A DNA stretch of 64,000 bases, taken from the NCBI GenBank assembly GCA_965223155.1, contig CBDCVR010000014.1, positions 672,001-736,000 of the forward strand, read 5' to 3'. Shown here in pieces: positions 37,389 to 47,562 of this stretch (its first letter is position 1; each line of letters starts with the position of its first letter). Below the pieces are notes generated by a model. That model did not search any database, was not told the origin of the DNA, and saw only the letters and a list, made by a program, of their open reading frames with translations. A program made the translations under genes and the position numbers. The stretch is from Candidatus Multivoradales bacterium (GTDB lineage Bacteria; Acidobacteriota; Thermoanaerobaculia; Multivoradales; JAHEKO01).

Positions 37389-39266
37389 ATGGACGGAAAC
37401 GCGAAACTCGGGCACCGGTTCGCTCGCCTTGGCCGGTTCACTAGCCTCCAATGGTGCGCGTGCCTCCTCGGGACCATCCTCTCGGGGATCGTCCTCTCGG
37501 CATCCGCCGCCAGCGCTCAACCCGACCTCGGCGGCGCCTCGAACCATCCCGCTGCCGGCGCAGATCCGCTGTTCGAAGAACTCCCCGCGGCATCGGGTCT
37601 CGATTTCGTCCACTTCAACGGCATGTCCGGCGAGCACTACCTGCTCGAGATCACCGGCGGCGGCGCCGCTCTCGTGGACTACGATCGGGACGGCGACCTC
37701 GACGTCTTCCTGGTTCAGGGCGAGATGCTGGCCGGCAAGCCCCTCGCACGGGCCACCTTCGCGCCCAAGCATCCACTGCCTCTGACCGACCGCCTCTATC
37801 GCAACGACACGCCCCAAGAGGGACCGCCGCGGTTCGTGGACGTCACCGAGCCGTCCGGGATCCCGCCTGGCGGCTACGGCATGGGGGTCGCCGCGGCCGA
37901 CTATGACGGCGACGGCTGGACCGACCTCTACATCACCAACTATGGCCAGAACCGGATGCTGCGCAACCGGGGCGACGGCACGTTCGAGGACGCGACCGAA
38001 CGCACCGGCACTGGCGAGCCCCGCTGGAGCGTGGCCGCGGCGTTCGTCGACTTCGACCGCGACGGGCACCTGGATCTCTTCGTCGGTAACTATCTCGACT
38101 TCCACTTCGCCCTCCACAAGGAATGCCCATCGAGTACCGGAGCTCCCGGCTACTGCGGTCCTCTCGCCTACCAGCCGGTGACCGACCGCATGTTCCGCAA
38201 TCGCGGCGACGGCACCTTCGAAGACGTCAGCGCGAGCACCGGCATCGGCTCGGAAGCAGGCACGGGGGGCACGCTGGGAGCGGTGGCGGCCGACTTCAAC
38301 GGTGACGGCTGGGCCGACCTGTACGTCGCCCACGACATGCTGCCCAACCGGCTCTGGATCAACCGGGAGGGACGCCTCTTCGAGGACGAGGCCCTGTTCA
38401 GCGGCTCAGCGGTCAACGGCACCGGCCTGCCCGAGGCCAGCATGGGCGTGGCCGCCGGCGATCCCGACGACGACGGCGACGAGGATCTGTTCCTGGCCCA
38501 TCTCCGCGGGGAGACCAATACGTTCTTCGCCAACGACGGCACGGGGCTCTTTCGCGACGAGACCGTCCGCTTCGGTCTCGCCGGCCCCAGCTTGAAGCAG
38601 ACCTCGTTCGGGGCGGCGTTTGTCGATTTCGACGGCGACGGCGACCTGGATCTGGCGACCGCCAACGGCGCGGTCCGCATCCTCGAATCGCTCGCTCGGC
38701 TGGGCGACCCGTTCCCCCTGCACCAGACCAATCAGCTCTTCGAACGCTCCGAAGCCGGAACCTACCGGGACGTCTCGGCCGCCGGAGGACCCGACTGGCT
38801 GCGCTCCGAGGTGAGCCGCGGTCTGGCCACGGGCGATCTCGACAACGACGGCGGCGTCGATCTGGTGGTCGCCAACAACGGCGGGCCGGTGCGAGCCTTC
38901 CGCAGCGCCGCCCCGCCGCAATGCTGGCTGGGCGTGCGCGCGCTCGACGCCCGCGCGGGCTCCGACGTCCACGGCAGCCTGGTGCGCCTCACCTCGGCAC
39001 CTTCGATAGGCCAGCCGGCCGGACGCTCCCGGCAACGCCGGATCCACAGCGACGGCAGCTACGCCTCGGCCAGCGATCCCAGGGTGCTCATCGCCCAGCC
39101 CTGTAATGAGCGTCCGAGCGCGCTGACCATTGCCTGGCCCGGCGGCGGCAGGCTCGAGCTCGACGACCCGCCCACTCGCTCGTACCTCACCTTCGTCCGC
39201 GGCCAACCGGCCTCCGGACCGCGGCGCCAGGACCAGCCGGAGTCCTCCCGAGGATCCGCTCAATGA
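37389..39266 (+). CDS. CRTAC1 / ASPIC-UnbV family FG-GAP repeat protein
   Basis: Repeated DYDRDGDLD-type motifs, EASMGVAAGD, SRGLATGDLDNDG and GSYASASDPR. Confidence 0.85.
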   Translation: MDGNAKLGHRFARLGRFTSLQWCACLLGTILSGIVLSASAASAQPDLGGASNHPAAGADPLFEELPAASGLDFVHFNGMSGEHYLLEITGGGAALVDYDRDGDLDVFLVQGEMLAGKPLARATFAPKHPLPLTDRLYRNDTPQEGPPRFVDVTEPSGIPPGGYGMGVAAADYDGDGWTDLYITNYGQNRMLRNRGDGTFEDATERTGTGEPRWSVAAAFVDFDRDGHLDLFVGNYLDFHFALHKECPSSTGAPGYCGPLAYQPVTDRMFRNRGDGTFEDVSASTGIGSEAGTGGTLGAVAADFNGDGWADLYVAHDMLPNRLWINREGRLFEDEALFSGSAVNGTGLPEASMGVAAGDPDDDGDEDLFLAHLRGETNTFFANDGTGLFRDETVRFGLAGPSLKQTSFGAAFVDFDGDGDLDLATANGAVRILESLARLGDPFPLHQTNQLFERSEAGTYRDVSAAGGPDWLRSEVSRGLATGDLDNDGGVDLVVANNGGPVRAFRSAAPPQCWLGVRALDARAGSDVHGSLVRLTSAPSIGQPAGRSRQRRIHSDGSYASASDPRVLIAQPCNERPSALTIAWPGGGRLELDDPPTRSYLTFVRGQPASGPRRQDQPESSRGSAQ

Positions 39267-41281
39267 CCTGCTCAATGACCCGGGCGCGGTTCCGGCGGCT
39301 GGCGCCCTTCATTCTGGCGCTCGTTCCCTACCTGGGAGAGGCCGGACAGATCGGCACGGTCGGAAACGTCGGGCAGGCCGGCGAGCTCGTGGCGGTGCCC
39401 CACCCGACCCTCGGGGCCATGGACTCGTCGGTGGCCTCGCAGCTCGAAGCCGCCCGTAGCGCCCTCGAAGAAGCCAGGCAGCGGCGCACCAATGATGACG
39501 CCCTGGCTTCGGCCTACGCCGAGCTGGGAAAGCTCTACCTGGCCTACGACCTGGTCGAGGCGGCGGCCGTCGCCCTCGAGAACGCTTCTCTTCTGCGCTC
39601 GAACTTCGAGGGAAGCTACCTGCTGGGGGTGGCGCGCGAGCTCGAAGGCGAGCTCGAAGCCTCTCGCGCGGCCTATGACCGGGCCCTCGAGATCCGGGCC
39701 GGCGACGTGCCGGCGCTGGTGCGCTCGGGCCGGCTGGCTCTCGAGTTGGGTGACGTCGAGACCGGCCGCACCCGGTTCTCGGCCGCCGCCGAGCGGGATC
39801 CGGCGAGCCCGGCGGCGCGCTTTGGCCTCGCACGGGTCGCCCTCGCCGATGGCGAAGCCGAGACCGCCATCCAGCTCCTCGAGCAGGTGGTCCGAGACCA
39901 GCCCAGCGCGGGCCTGGCTCACTATCAGTTGGGGCTCGCCTACCGCCAAGTCGGAGACCGCGCCAAGGCGCGCGCGGCGCTCGAGCGCCAGAACCGCGGA
40001 CCGGTCGCGTTTCCGGATCCGGTCGTCGAAGCGCTAGCGTCGTTGCGCTCCGGAAGTGGCGGCCACATCGTGCGCGCGGCGGCGGCGCGGGCCGCGGGCG
40101 ACCTCATAACGGCGCGAGCCGCCTACGAGGAGGCGCTGGCCGCCGATCCCACGCACGGCGGCGCCCGGCAGGCCCTGGCCGCGACCTTGCTGGGCCTGGG
40201 CCTTGCCGAGGAAGCCGCTCGCGAGTACCAGACCGTGCTCGAAGGCCAGCCTGCGGACGCCTCCGCCCGGTTCAACCTGGGCACCATCTTGATGCGCCTC
40301 GGCCGGATCGAAGACGCCCTGCCGCACCTCGAAGCAGCAGTTTCTCTGGCGCCGGACTTCGCCGACGCGCGTGCCAACCTGGGAACCCTGCTGGAGCGCC
40401 TGGGCCGGCTCGAACAGGCCACGGCGAGCTACCGCGCGAGCCTCGAGCTCGCTCCACAGGACCACGATCTGAGGGTCCAGCTCGCCAGAGTCCTGGATCG
40501 CCGCGGCTTGGACTCGGAGGCCGCAAGCGAAATCGAACGGGTCCTCGCGGCCAGCTCCGACCACCCTGGCGCGCTCTTCTACCAAGCCACGAGGATGGCC
40601 GAGCGTGGTCGGAGCGCGGAGGCGATCGCCGTCTATGACCGCCTGCTCGACCTAACCCGCGAGCCCGAGCGCCGATCCGTCCTCCACCAGCGAATCGCCG
40701 GACTCCTGCGCCGGTCCGGCCGTCCGGCGGAGGCTCTCGAACAGCTCGAAGCGGCTCATGCAGCGAGCACGGGTCCGGGCTTACGCCTCGCGCTTGCCAA
40801 CGCGCTCGCCGCCGCCGGCCGGTTCGATCGGGCCGAAACCACGCTCGCCCAGCTCGTCGCCGAGCAGCCCGAGAACGTCGAGGCCCGGTTTGGCCAGGCG
40901 GTGACTCGCCTCCTGGCGCGGCGCGACCGGCAAGCGCTGGAAGGACTCGAGGCCGGCCTGGCGGTCTTTCCCGAGGATGTCGGACTCCGTCACGTCCTGG
41001 CGCGCCTGCTCGCGGCCAGCGAGGAGGCTGAAATTCGGAACGGCCGTCGGGCTCTGCAGCTGGCACGAGCGGTGTACGAAGCCGCGCCCAACCCGGTCCA
41101 CGCCGAGACCGTCGCGATGGCGCTGGCCGAGCTGGGTGCGTTCGAAGAGGCCGTGCGCTGGCAACAGGGAATTTTGAAGGCCGTGCGTCAGGCGGGGCAC
41201 GAGGACCTGGCGACAGCCGCCGCCGACCGGCTCGATCTCTACCGGCGTGGCCAACCCTGCCGGGCGCCCTGGCTCAAGTAG
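39263..41281 (+). CDS. TPR repeat protein
   Basis: Multiple TPRs; ATGA overlap with the CRTAC1 gene; C-terminal HAETVAMALAELG...YRRGQPCRAPW. Confidence 0.85.
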   Translation: MTCSMTRARFRRLAPFILALVPYLGEAGQIGTVGNVGQAGELVAVPHPTLGAMDSSVASQLEAARSALEEARQRRTNDDALASAYAELGKLYLAYDLVEAAAVALENASLLRSNFEGSYLLGVARELEGELEASRAAYDRALEIRAGDVPALVRSGRLALELGDVETGRTRFSAAAERDPASPAARFGLARVALADGEAETAIQLLEQVVRDQPSAGLAHYQLGLAYRQVGDRAKARAALERQNRGPVAFPDPVVEALASLRSGSGGHIVRAAAARAAGDLITARAAYEEALAADPTHGGARQALAATLLGLGLAEEAAREYQTVLEGQPADASARFNLGTILMRLGRIEDALPHLEAAVSLAPDFADARANLGTLLERLGRLEQATASYRASLELAPQDHDLRVQLARVLDRRGLDSEAASEIERVLAASSDHPGALFYQATRMAERGRSAEAIAVYDRLLDLTREPERRSVLHQRIAGLLRRSGRPAEALEQLEAAHAASTGPGLRLALANALAAAGRFDRAETTLAQLVAEQPENVEARFGQAVTRLLARRDRQALEGLEAGLAVFPEDVGLRHVLARLLAASEEAEIRNGRRALQLARAVYEAAPNPVHAETVAMALAELGAFEEAVRWQQGILKAVRQAGHEDLATAAADRLDLYRRGQPCRAPWLK

Positions 41282-41470
41282 CTCCAGTAGCTCCGGCAAC
41301 TCCAGCGCTAGCCCCGCTGTCCTCAACGGGGCCATGGCTGAGACTTCGACGTTTCGTGCCCGGCGACGTCTTCGAGGGTGCGTCAGGGGCAGCTCGACCC
41401 GTCCCGGCCGCAAGCCTTCCAATTCGGCCGGCCGCGACGCTTGGGACGAACGCTCTCGGGAAGACCCGAC

Positions 41471-43648
41471 CTAGCCGGTCACGACGATCGGAAGCGACGT
41501 CGTCCGGCTGGTCCCGGAGCCGCCGTCCCGAACGGTGATGTCGAGCGTGTACTGGCCTGCGGCCAGACCCGTCGGAGCGAAGCGCAGCAGCAACCGGTCC
41601 ATGGTGACCGCTTCTGTCGTAGGCCGATCGTCCAGAGCGATCTCGCCGGTGCCGACCTTGGTGCCGTCCAGAGCCCGGACCTCGGAGCTGACCTCCAGCG
41701 GGCCGTCTCCCAGGTTGAACCCGACCAGCGAAACCGGAACGACTTGACCCTGCTGCAGAACCGGTTTGGCGGCCGGTACGAAGGGCGTCTCGCCCAGAAA
41801 GTACGGATAGTCGACGTCGGCCCGGTCCTCGTCCTTTTCGCGGCCCAAGAGCCACTTGCCCGAAGGCTCCGGAAAGAGCGGCGGCAGGACCGCGACCTCG
41901 CCGCCGTCAACGTCCGGGACCCGGACCGTCAGGCGCTCGACGCCGAAGGCCCCGGTGAGGCCGTTGCGCACCAGAACCCGGACGACGTAGTCCCCCGGTT
42001 CGAGCTCGAAGTGGCCCCAGTACTTGAGGCCGCTGTTGCGAATCACGTCTCCGGCCTTGGCCATGTCAAAGCCCAGAATCCGCGAGAAATAGTCTCGGAT
42101 GGTTCCGCTCGAGTCGATGGCGTAGGCGTAGATCTCGGTGGGCAGCACCTCTTCGGAGTGCTCCGCGAGGAGGCTCGTCCCGCCGACTTCGATCAGGACC
42201 GGCACGTAGGACACATGACCCAGATCCATCGGAAACGGGGTGGCCAGAACCGCCGTGTCCACCCCGCCGCCGCTCTCGCCACCCATGATGAGCCCGGCCG
42301 CGCTGACCCGGCGCTCGAACGGGGTCTGCTCGCCGTAGGGCAGCGGCGCGAAGTAGCCGGGCTTGTGCACCAGCTTGGCGCCCTTGAGATTCTTGGCCAG
42401 CCGTACCTTGAGCCGATGGAAGGAACCGTCGAAATCGAGATCCTCGGGCTGAATCGCCAGGACGTAGGTCAGGCTCGTCCGGGTCAGCATCTTGCCCATG
42501 GCCTCGCTCAGATTGTTGAAGTTGCGGTAGAACTCGCCGCCGGTGTTCTCGGCCATCATGTAGAGGCCGTCTTCCCGACGCCGGCCCGCGCCCGAGTCCG
42601 CCGTCGAGCCGCCGATCGCACCACCGGCGCGGAGCCCGCCGGTGTCCACCGCCTGAATCGTGCAGTCGGCCCTCAGGAAAGCCTGCGCCATGAGCTGGAG
42701 GGCGTTCTGGGCCGAGGTGTCGCCGAACCGCGCGTTCGAGTCCACCTCCCAGATCCGGCCCGACATCGCCGCGTCGGTCTGCTGCTGGGCCGACTGCTGC
42801 TCTTCGAGAGTCGAGACTCCGGTGCCCAGCAGCACGGAGCTGTCGAAGCCCTCGGAGAGGAAGACCACGTGCTTGCGTCCGTAGACGCTCTTCATGAGCC
42901 CGGCCAACTCGGCCAGGGACGAGGTCAGCGCGAGCACATCGTTCTTGCGCTCATTGCGCCGGGTGGTGGTGACCATGGATTCGAGGAGCTCGAGAACCTC
43001 GGCCTCGACGTCCGGCCGGCCGCCAGCACCGGCCCCAGCACCGCCACCGGCGGAGGCCTCGCCGGCAGGTGAGAAATCGGACAGCCCGGTGATCATGATG
43101 CCGAGCGGATCCCGGACCTCCTGCACCAACTGCGGCAAACCGAGGGACTCGATCGCGACCCGCAACTGGTACCGGTCGGAGGTGAACCCGAGCGGCATCT
43201 GCAGGCCCTGGGTCGTCGAATAGGTCGCCACGCCGGCAAGATCCGCCGGGTGGAGCCCCCGCTCGGCCAGCTCGATGGCGGCGTGCCTGGCCTTCGCGAT
43301 CGAGTTGGGATCCGACAGAGACATGTCGAAGAGGAAAAGGAAGTGGCGCCGGGCCACGATCGGAATCTCGGCCGCAGGCACCGCCTGCTCGAGCGACAGA
43401 TCGACCTCGTGGAAGCCCACGATGGGGCGCTTCCTGCGCCCTTCGGTGATCTCGAAGTCGGCCGCGGTCAAACCCCGCACCGGCTCGCCGTCCTGGATCA
43501 CCTGCACCGGAATCTCGACCTGGACCACGGTGGTCGTGTCTTCGAAACGATCCTTCTTCTTGCCTCGCTTCTGGGCCTCGGAAGCCGCCGGTGCGAGCAC
43601 CGTCAGAACTCCAAGCGCCGCAAGCGGCATCGCGTATCGTCGTCTCAT
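41471..43648 (-). CDS. Acidobacterial-type VWA domain protein
   Basis: AGGAGA SD; signal peptide; VEIPVQV..DGEPVRGLTAADF, RRHFLFLFDMSLS, GRKHVVFLSEG and AENTGGE. Confidence 0.85.
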   Translation of the reverse strand: MRRRYAMPLAALGVLTVLAPAASEAQKRGKKKDRFEDTTTVVQVEIPVQVIQDGEPVRGLTAADFEITEGRRKRPIVGFHEVDLSLEQAVPAAEIPIVARRHFLFLFDMSLSDPNSIAKARHAAIELAERGLHPADLAGVATYSTTQGLQMPLGFTSDRYQLRVAIESLGLPQLVQEVRDPLGIMITGLSDFSPAGEASAGGGAGAGAGGRPDVEAEVLELLESMVTTTRRNERKNDVLALTSSLAELAGLMKSVYGRKHVVFLSEGFDSSVLLGTGVSTLEEQQSAQQQTDAAMSGRIWEVDSNARFGDTSAQNALQLMAQAFLRADCTIQAVDTGGLRAGGAIGGSTADSGAGRRREDGLYMMAENTGGEFYRNFNNLSEAMGKMLTRTSLTYVLAIQPEDLDFDGSFHRLKVRLAKNLKGAKLVHKPGYFAPLPYGEQTPFERRVSAAGLIMGGESGGGVDTAVLATPFPMDLGHVSYVPVLIEVGGTSLLAEHSEEVLPTEIYAYAIDSSGTIRDYFSRILGFDMAKAGDVIRNSGLKYWGHFELEPGDYVVRVLVRNGLTGAFGVERLTVRVPDVDGGEVAVLPPLFPEPSGKWLLGREKDEDRADVDYPYFLGETPFVPAAKPVLQQGQVVPVSLVGFNLGDGPLEVSSEVRALDGTKVGTGEIALDDRPTTEAVTMDRLLLRFAPTGLAAGQYTLDITVRDGGSGTSRTTSLPIVVTG

Positions 43649-43830
43649 GGTGTCTCCTCTCCTGGACTCTATCGGATGCTTGGGGGACGCCTGGGAGGCC
43701 GGGGAGGGCGGCCACGCCACCCTTCCGGTCGAAAACGCAGTGCCGGGTCACTACCACCCGGCACTCGTCCCTCCGGCTGGCGAGTTTCCTTGCAAAGGCG
43801 GGGCCGCAACCACGGCCCCAACGCTTAGAA

Positions 43831-46023
43831 CTAGTCCAGGACGAACGGTATCGAATTCGTCTGGGTGACCCCGCTCACGCGATCGGTCAGCGCGACCCGC
43901 AGCGTGTAGCTGCCGGCGCTCAGTCCCCGCGGCTCGAAGGTCGCCAGAAACTTGTCCAGCCCGTCGATGCCGGTCACCGTGCGCTCGATAACTCCGAACG
44001 GCTGCTCGGCCACGATCTGTCCGTCGGGGTTGACGATCTCGCCGTCGAGCTGAGGCTGTTCGTTGCTGAAGTTGTAGGCCACCAGGCAGACCTGCACACC
44101 TGAGCCCTCCGCGACCGCGGGCAACGCCGCTGGAACGTAGGGCTCGCCGTTGACCGTGAACGGATAGACCACAGACTTCTGGAACTCGGCCTGCTTTTCC
44201 CGGACCAGGAACCAGCGGCCGCTGTCCTCCAGAAAGAACGGCGGCAACAGAATCGGCTCGGCCTCGGCGTACTCCGGCACCTCGAGCTCCACGGTCTGCA
44301 GGCCGGTTCGGCCCGTACGGGCATTGCGCACCAGAACGCGCAAAAGGTAGCTGCCCGGAGCCAGATCCATGTGTCCGTAGTACTTGAGCCCGGTGCTCTC
44401 GAAAGTGGCCCGCTGCCGGCTGACGTCGAGGCTAACCATCTGCGTAAAGAAGTCCTTCATCTCGCCCCGCTCATCGGTGGCATAGGCAAAAAACTCGACC
44501 GGCAGCCGGCCCCCTTCCATGCCTTTGACGAGGTCCTTGCCTCCGACCTCCACGATCACCGGAACGTAGGCCTGCTCCTCGCTGGCACGGAAAGCGGCAG
44601 CAAGCACCTGCATCGGGACGTCGTTGGAGCTCGAGGCTGTGGCGATCGCGTCCGACGCCAACAGGCCCTTCTCCAGAGGATGAAGCTCCTCGTACGGCCG
44701 GGGCGCGTAGTAGCCCTTGCGCGCCGAGACCCGCGAACCCCGTGCGCCGCGCACCTTGATGCGGAGCCGGTGGTAGCGTCCGTCATGGGCCGCATCGGTG
44801 GGCTGAAACGTGAGCAGATAGGTCACCGAAGAGCGCTCCAGGACAGTGTTCAGCTCCTGGGTGAAGTCGTTGGCGTCTTCAAAGAGCTCGCCGCCTGTCT
44901 CATTGGCGACGAAGAAGAGAGCATCCCGCCCTACGGACCGGACTCGTTCCTCATCGGCCCGGTCGGCCCTCAGGCCGGAGATGTCCACAGCCTGGATCAC
45001 GCAGTCGGCACGGCGAAACTCCTCCACCATGAGGTCCATCTGGCTTTGCAGTCCGGTATTGCCGTAGATGTCGTCCGTATCGACCAGAAAGTGGTTGCCC
45101 GTCTGCAGGTTCTGTAAGTCCTGCTGGGTCTCCGCGTCCTGGGCGTCCGGATTGCGCCCGAGCAGCAGGCGGCCATCCCAACCTTCCGAGAAGTAGACGA
45201 CGTGCTTGCGGCCGCGCACGCTGTCGAGATACTTGGCGAGCTCGGCCATCGAGCGCGACCAGGACGAGACTCGCCCGCGGGCGAAGCTCCGCTCCATCTT
45301 GGCCATCTCCTTGGCGATGACCCGGATGTGAGCGACAACGCTTTGCTGAAGCCCGGTGGTCTGCGACTCGTTGGTCAGATCGTTGAGCTCGGAGCTGGCG
45401 ATGGCCTCGATGTCGTCTGGGTTGTCGATGATGAACCGAAGCGGATCCTGACGCGCCAGGTTGAGCAGCCGCGGCGCGCCCAGGGTATCGATCGCGCGGG
45501 CCACCTGCCCACGATCGGGAGTGAAGGTGACGAGAAGCTGGGCGCCCTGCTCCACCGAATGCGTGCCTACCGCCACCAGATCGGTCTCGTGAACCTCGTT
45601 CAGCACGAACTGTCTGGCCGCCTCCCGGGCGCGCATGATCGAGTGGGGTTTCGAAAACGAGAGGTCGAAGAGCAGCAAGAAGTGGCGCCGAGCACTCGCC
45701 GGAACCGCGGTCTCGATCTCGGTCCGGGTCTCCCCTGGCTCCAAGACCTCGAGGTCGATGACCTCGAAGTCTCGGATGTCCTGCTTCTTGCCTTCGTCCA
45801 GAATCTCGAAGTCTTCGGCCGTGAGTCCACGCACCGGCTCGCCGTCGCGACCGACGACGTTGACCGGAATCTGGACCTCGATGACGTCGGTGCGACCCGC
45901 AAAGGAGCGGTCGATCTCGACTGAAGCAACGGAGGATCCGGCGGTGAGGACGGCCAGGCCGGCCAGTGTTAGGCTGGCGGCGAGTGTCGCGGGAACTTTC
46001 CGAGAGCCTCGAATCCTCTTCAC
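43831..46023 (-). CDS. Acidobacterial-type VWA domain protein (paralog of 41471-43648)
   Basis: VQIPVNV...GEPVRGLTAEDF, RRHFLLLFDLSFS, GRKHVVYFSEG, ANETGGE and GLKYYG. Confidence 0.85.
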   Translation of the reverse strand: MKRIRGSRKVPATLAASLTLAGLAVLTAGSSVASVEIDRSFAGRTDVIEVQIPVNVVGRDGEPVRGLTAEDFEILDEGKKQDIRDFEVIDLEVLEPGETRTEIETAVPASARRHFLLLFDLSFSKPHSIMRAREAARQFVLNEVHETDLVAVGTHSVEQGAQLLVTFTPDRGQVARAIDTLGAPRLLNLARQDPLRFIIDNPDDIEAIASSELNDLTNESQTTGLQQSVVAHIRVIAKEMAKMERSFARGRVSSWSRSMAELAKYLDSVRGRKHVVYFSEGWDGRLLLGRNPDAQDAETQQDLQNLQTGNHFLVDTDDIYGNTGLQSQMDLMVEEFRRADCVIQAVDISGLRADRADEERVRSVGRDALFFVANETGGELFEDANDFTQELNTVLERSSVTYLLTFQPTDAAHDGRYHRLRIKVRGARGSRVSARKGYYAPRPYEELHPLEKGLLASDAIATASSSNDVPMQVLAAAFRASEEQAYVPVIVEVGGKDLVKGMEGGRLPVEFFAYATDERGEMKDFFTQMVSLDVSRQRATFESTGLKYYGHMDLAPGSYLLRVLVRNARTGRTGLQTVELEVPEYAEAEPILLPPFFLEDSGRWFLVREKQAEFQKSVVYPFTVNGEPYVPAALPAVAEGSGVQVCLVAYNFSNEQPQLDGEIVNPDGQIVAEQPFGVIERTVTGIDGLDKFLATFEPRGLSAGSYTLRVALTDRVSGVTQTNSIPFVLD

Positions 46024-46140
46024 AACCTTCTCCTCTCTGGCGTCGCCTCAGCGGCTCACCGCCGCAGCATCGAGTCGCGACCAGTCGCCGGAATCACGCG
46101 CCCAGGACGAGTGCGGCCCGGGACTTCGCTCTCGAAAGCG

Positions 46141-47562
46141 TCAGTCAGTATACACCTCGGTATTCGGGTAGAACGCGAACCAGCCGAACCAGAAGGCGGT
46201 GTGGCCGGCGATTCGCTCCAACCCTCCTTGCTTGGCCGTCGTCGGCTCGAGAGCGAGCTCGCCGGCGCGCCAGCGCCCCCCCTGCTCGTCCTCCAGGACC
46301 CAGGGTTCGGCGGTGCCGCGAAAGCTCCGCTCGCCGGCGTCGTAGGCGCGCACGGCCCTCGCTTCTTCGGCTGCGACCAGCACGATCTTGCGCCCGCCCA
46401 CTTCGTCCTGGGTGACGCCGCGTTCGAAGAGGCCTGCCAGGGAATAAGCCTTGGCCACCCCCTCGAGGCGCAATGTATAGACCTCGGTGTCGCGCTCGAA
46501 ACGGTCGCTCTTGAGCCAGACCGGAAACGCCACTCCCTGCCGCGCGCGATCGGCGGCACCGGGCAGATACCGAAATCCGAACTTGCGGCCATGACTGGCT
46601 TCGAGCGCCTTGAGATCCAGGACTCGAGTGTCGGGATGGCTCGCCAACCAGTCCTCCCATGTCGTCACCGTCGCGGGCAGAACCTCGAGCTGGATCGGAC
46701 TGTTGGCCAGCCGTCCGAAGACCGGCTCGCCGGTGAGGTTGCTCCACAGACTGTAGGTGGACCGGTCCAGCATGAGCTTGTTGCTCCGGTACAGCAATCC
46801 CGAGGTCTCGAAGATGCGCCGCCCTCCGGAAGGTGTCGACGCGTCGTACAGAATCCCTGAGCCGCACAGGGTACAGAAGCTGAGGGTGACCGGCCGGCCC
46901 GCGATCGTGTCGTTCAGCATCTCGTGCCACGACATGATTCGGTGCGGGTAGGCCCGCGCCTCGCCGTCCACCAGCACGCCGAAAACGCGCTCGTCCGGCT
47001 TGAGATAGCGAGCCTCGGCGCCGGCAAGGGTGGGCGGATCCATCAGAGCCGGGATTCCCGCCAGGCGCACGCCCCCGGAGACCACCTCTTCGAGCCGAAT
47101 CCGGGCCGGCGCTCCCGGGTAGAACACCTTGCGGTACTCGGGGTCGATCTTCTGCAACAGAGCGCTCTTCCACTCCGGATACAGGGGGCCCGGGGTGAGG
47201 TCCTCGCGCCGGCCCACGAACTCGATCCACTCGTAGTAGCCCGAGTGTTCGACCCCGGTCAGCTCTTGAAGCACCGAGAAAATCTGCTTTCGGTTCTGGT
47301 AGGGAACGAAGAAAACCGTATCGACCAGCGCCGGCACCAGGGAAAGATCCGCCGAGCCGGCCAGAGAGCGCGCCGCCTTCTTGCGAACCTTGGCCTCCGG
47401 CGACATCAGGCGCGAAACGCTCCGGTAGAGCTCGCGCCGGGCATCGTCGGCCGCCGGATTGGGCGTTTCGCCAGGTGTCGGATCAGCGCCCGCTGAGACC
47501 GCTCCGTGGACGGCGGCCGCCGTCCACGAGACCAGCGCGAGAGCGGCGAGCGCGCGCTTCAA
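46141..47562 (-). CDS. DUF3179 domain protein with N-terminal HEAT-like region
   Basis: GIPALMDP, ARAYP..IMSWHEMLND, FCTLCGSG, SGLLYRSNKLMLDR and FWFGWFAFYP.T. Confidence 0.85.
   Translation of the reverse strand: MKRALAALALVSWTAAAVHGAVSAGADPTPGETPNPAADDARRELYRSVSRLMSPEAKVRKKAARSLAGSADLSLVPALVDTVFFVPYQNRKQIFSVLQELTGVEHSGYYEWIEFVGRREDLTPGPLYPEWKSALLQKIDPEYRKVFYPGAPARIRLEEVVSGGVRLAGIPALMDPPTLAGAEARYLKPDERVFGVLVDGEARAYPHRIMSWHEMLNDTIAGRPVTLSFCTLCGSGILYDASTPSGGRRIFETSGLLYRSNKLMLDRSTYSLWSNLTGEPVFGRLANSPIQLEVLPATVTTWEDWLASHPDTRVLDLKALEASHGRKFGFRYLPGAADRARQGVAFPVWLKSDRFERDTEVYTLRLEGVAKAYSLAGLFERGVTQDEVGGRKIVLVAAEEARAVRAYDAGERSFRGTAEPWVLEDEQGGRWRAGELALEPTTAKQGGLERIAGHTAFWFGWFAFYPNTEVYTD

Noticed and set aside
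43778-43794. Sigma-54-like TGGCGAGTTTCCTTGCA
   Set aside because: GG-GC spacing is 11 rather than 10, and the orientation is opposite to the flanking genes.
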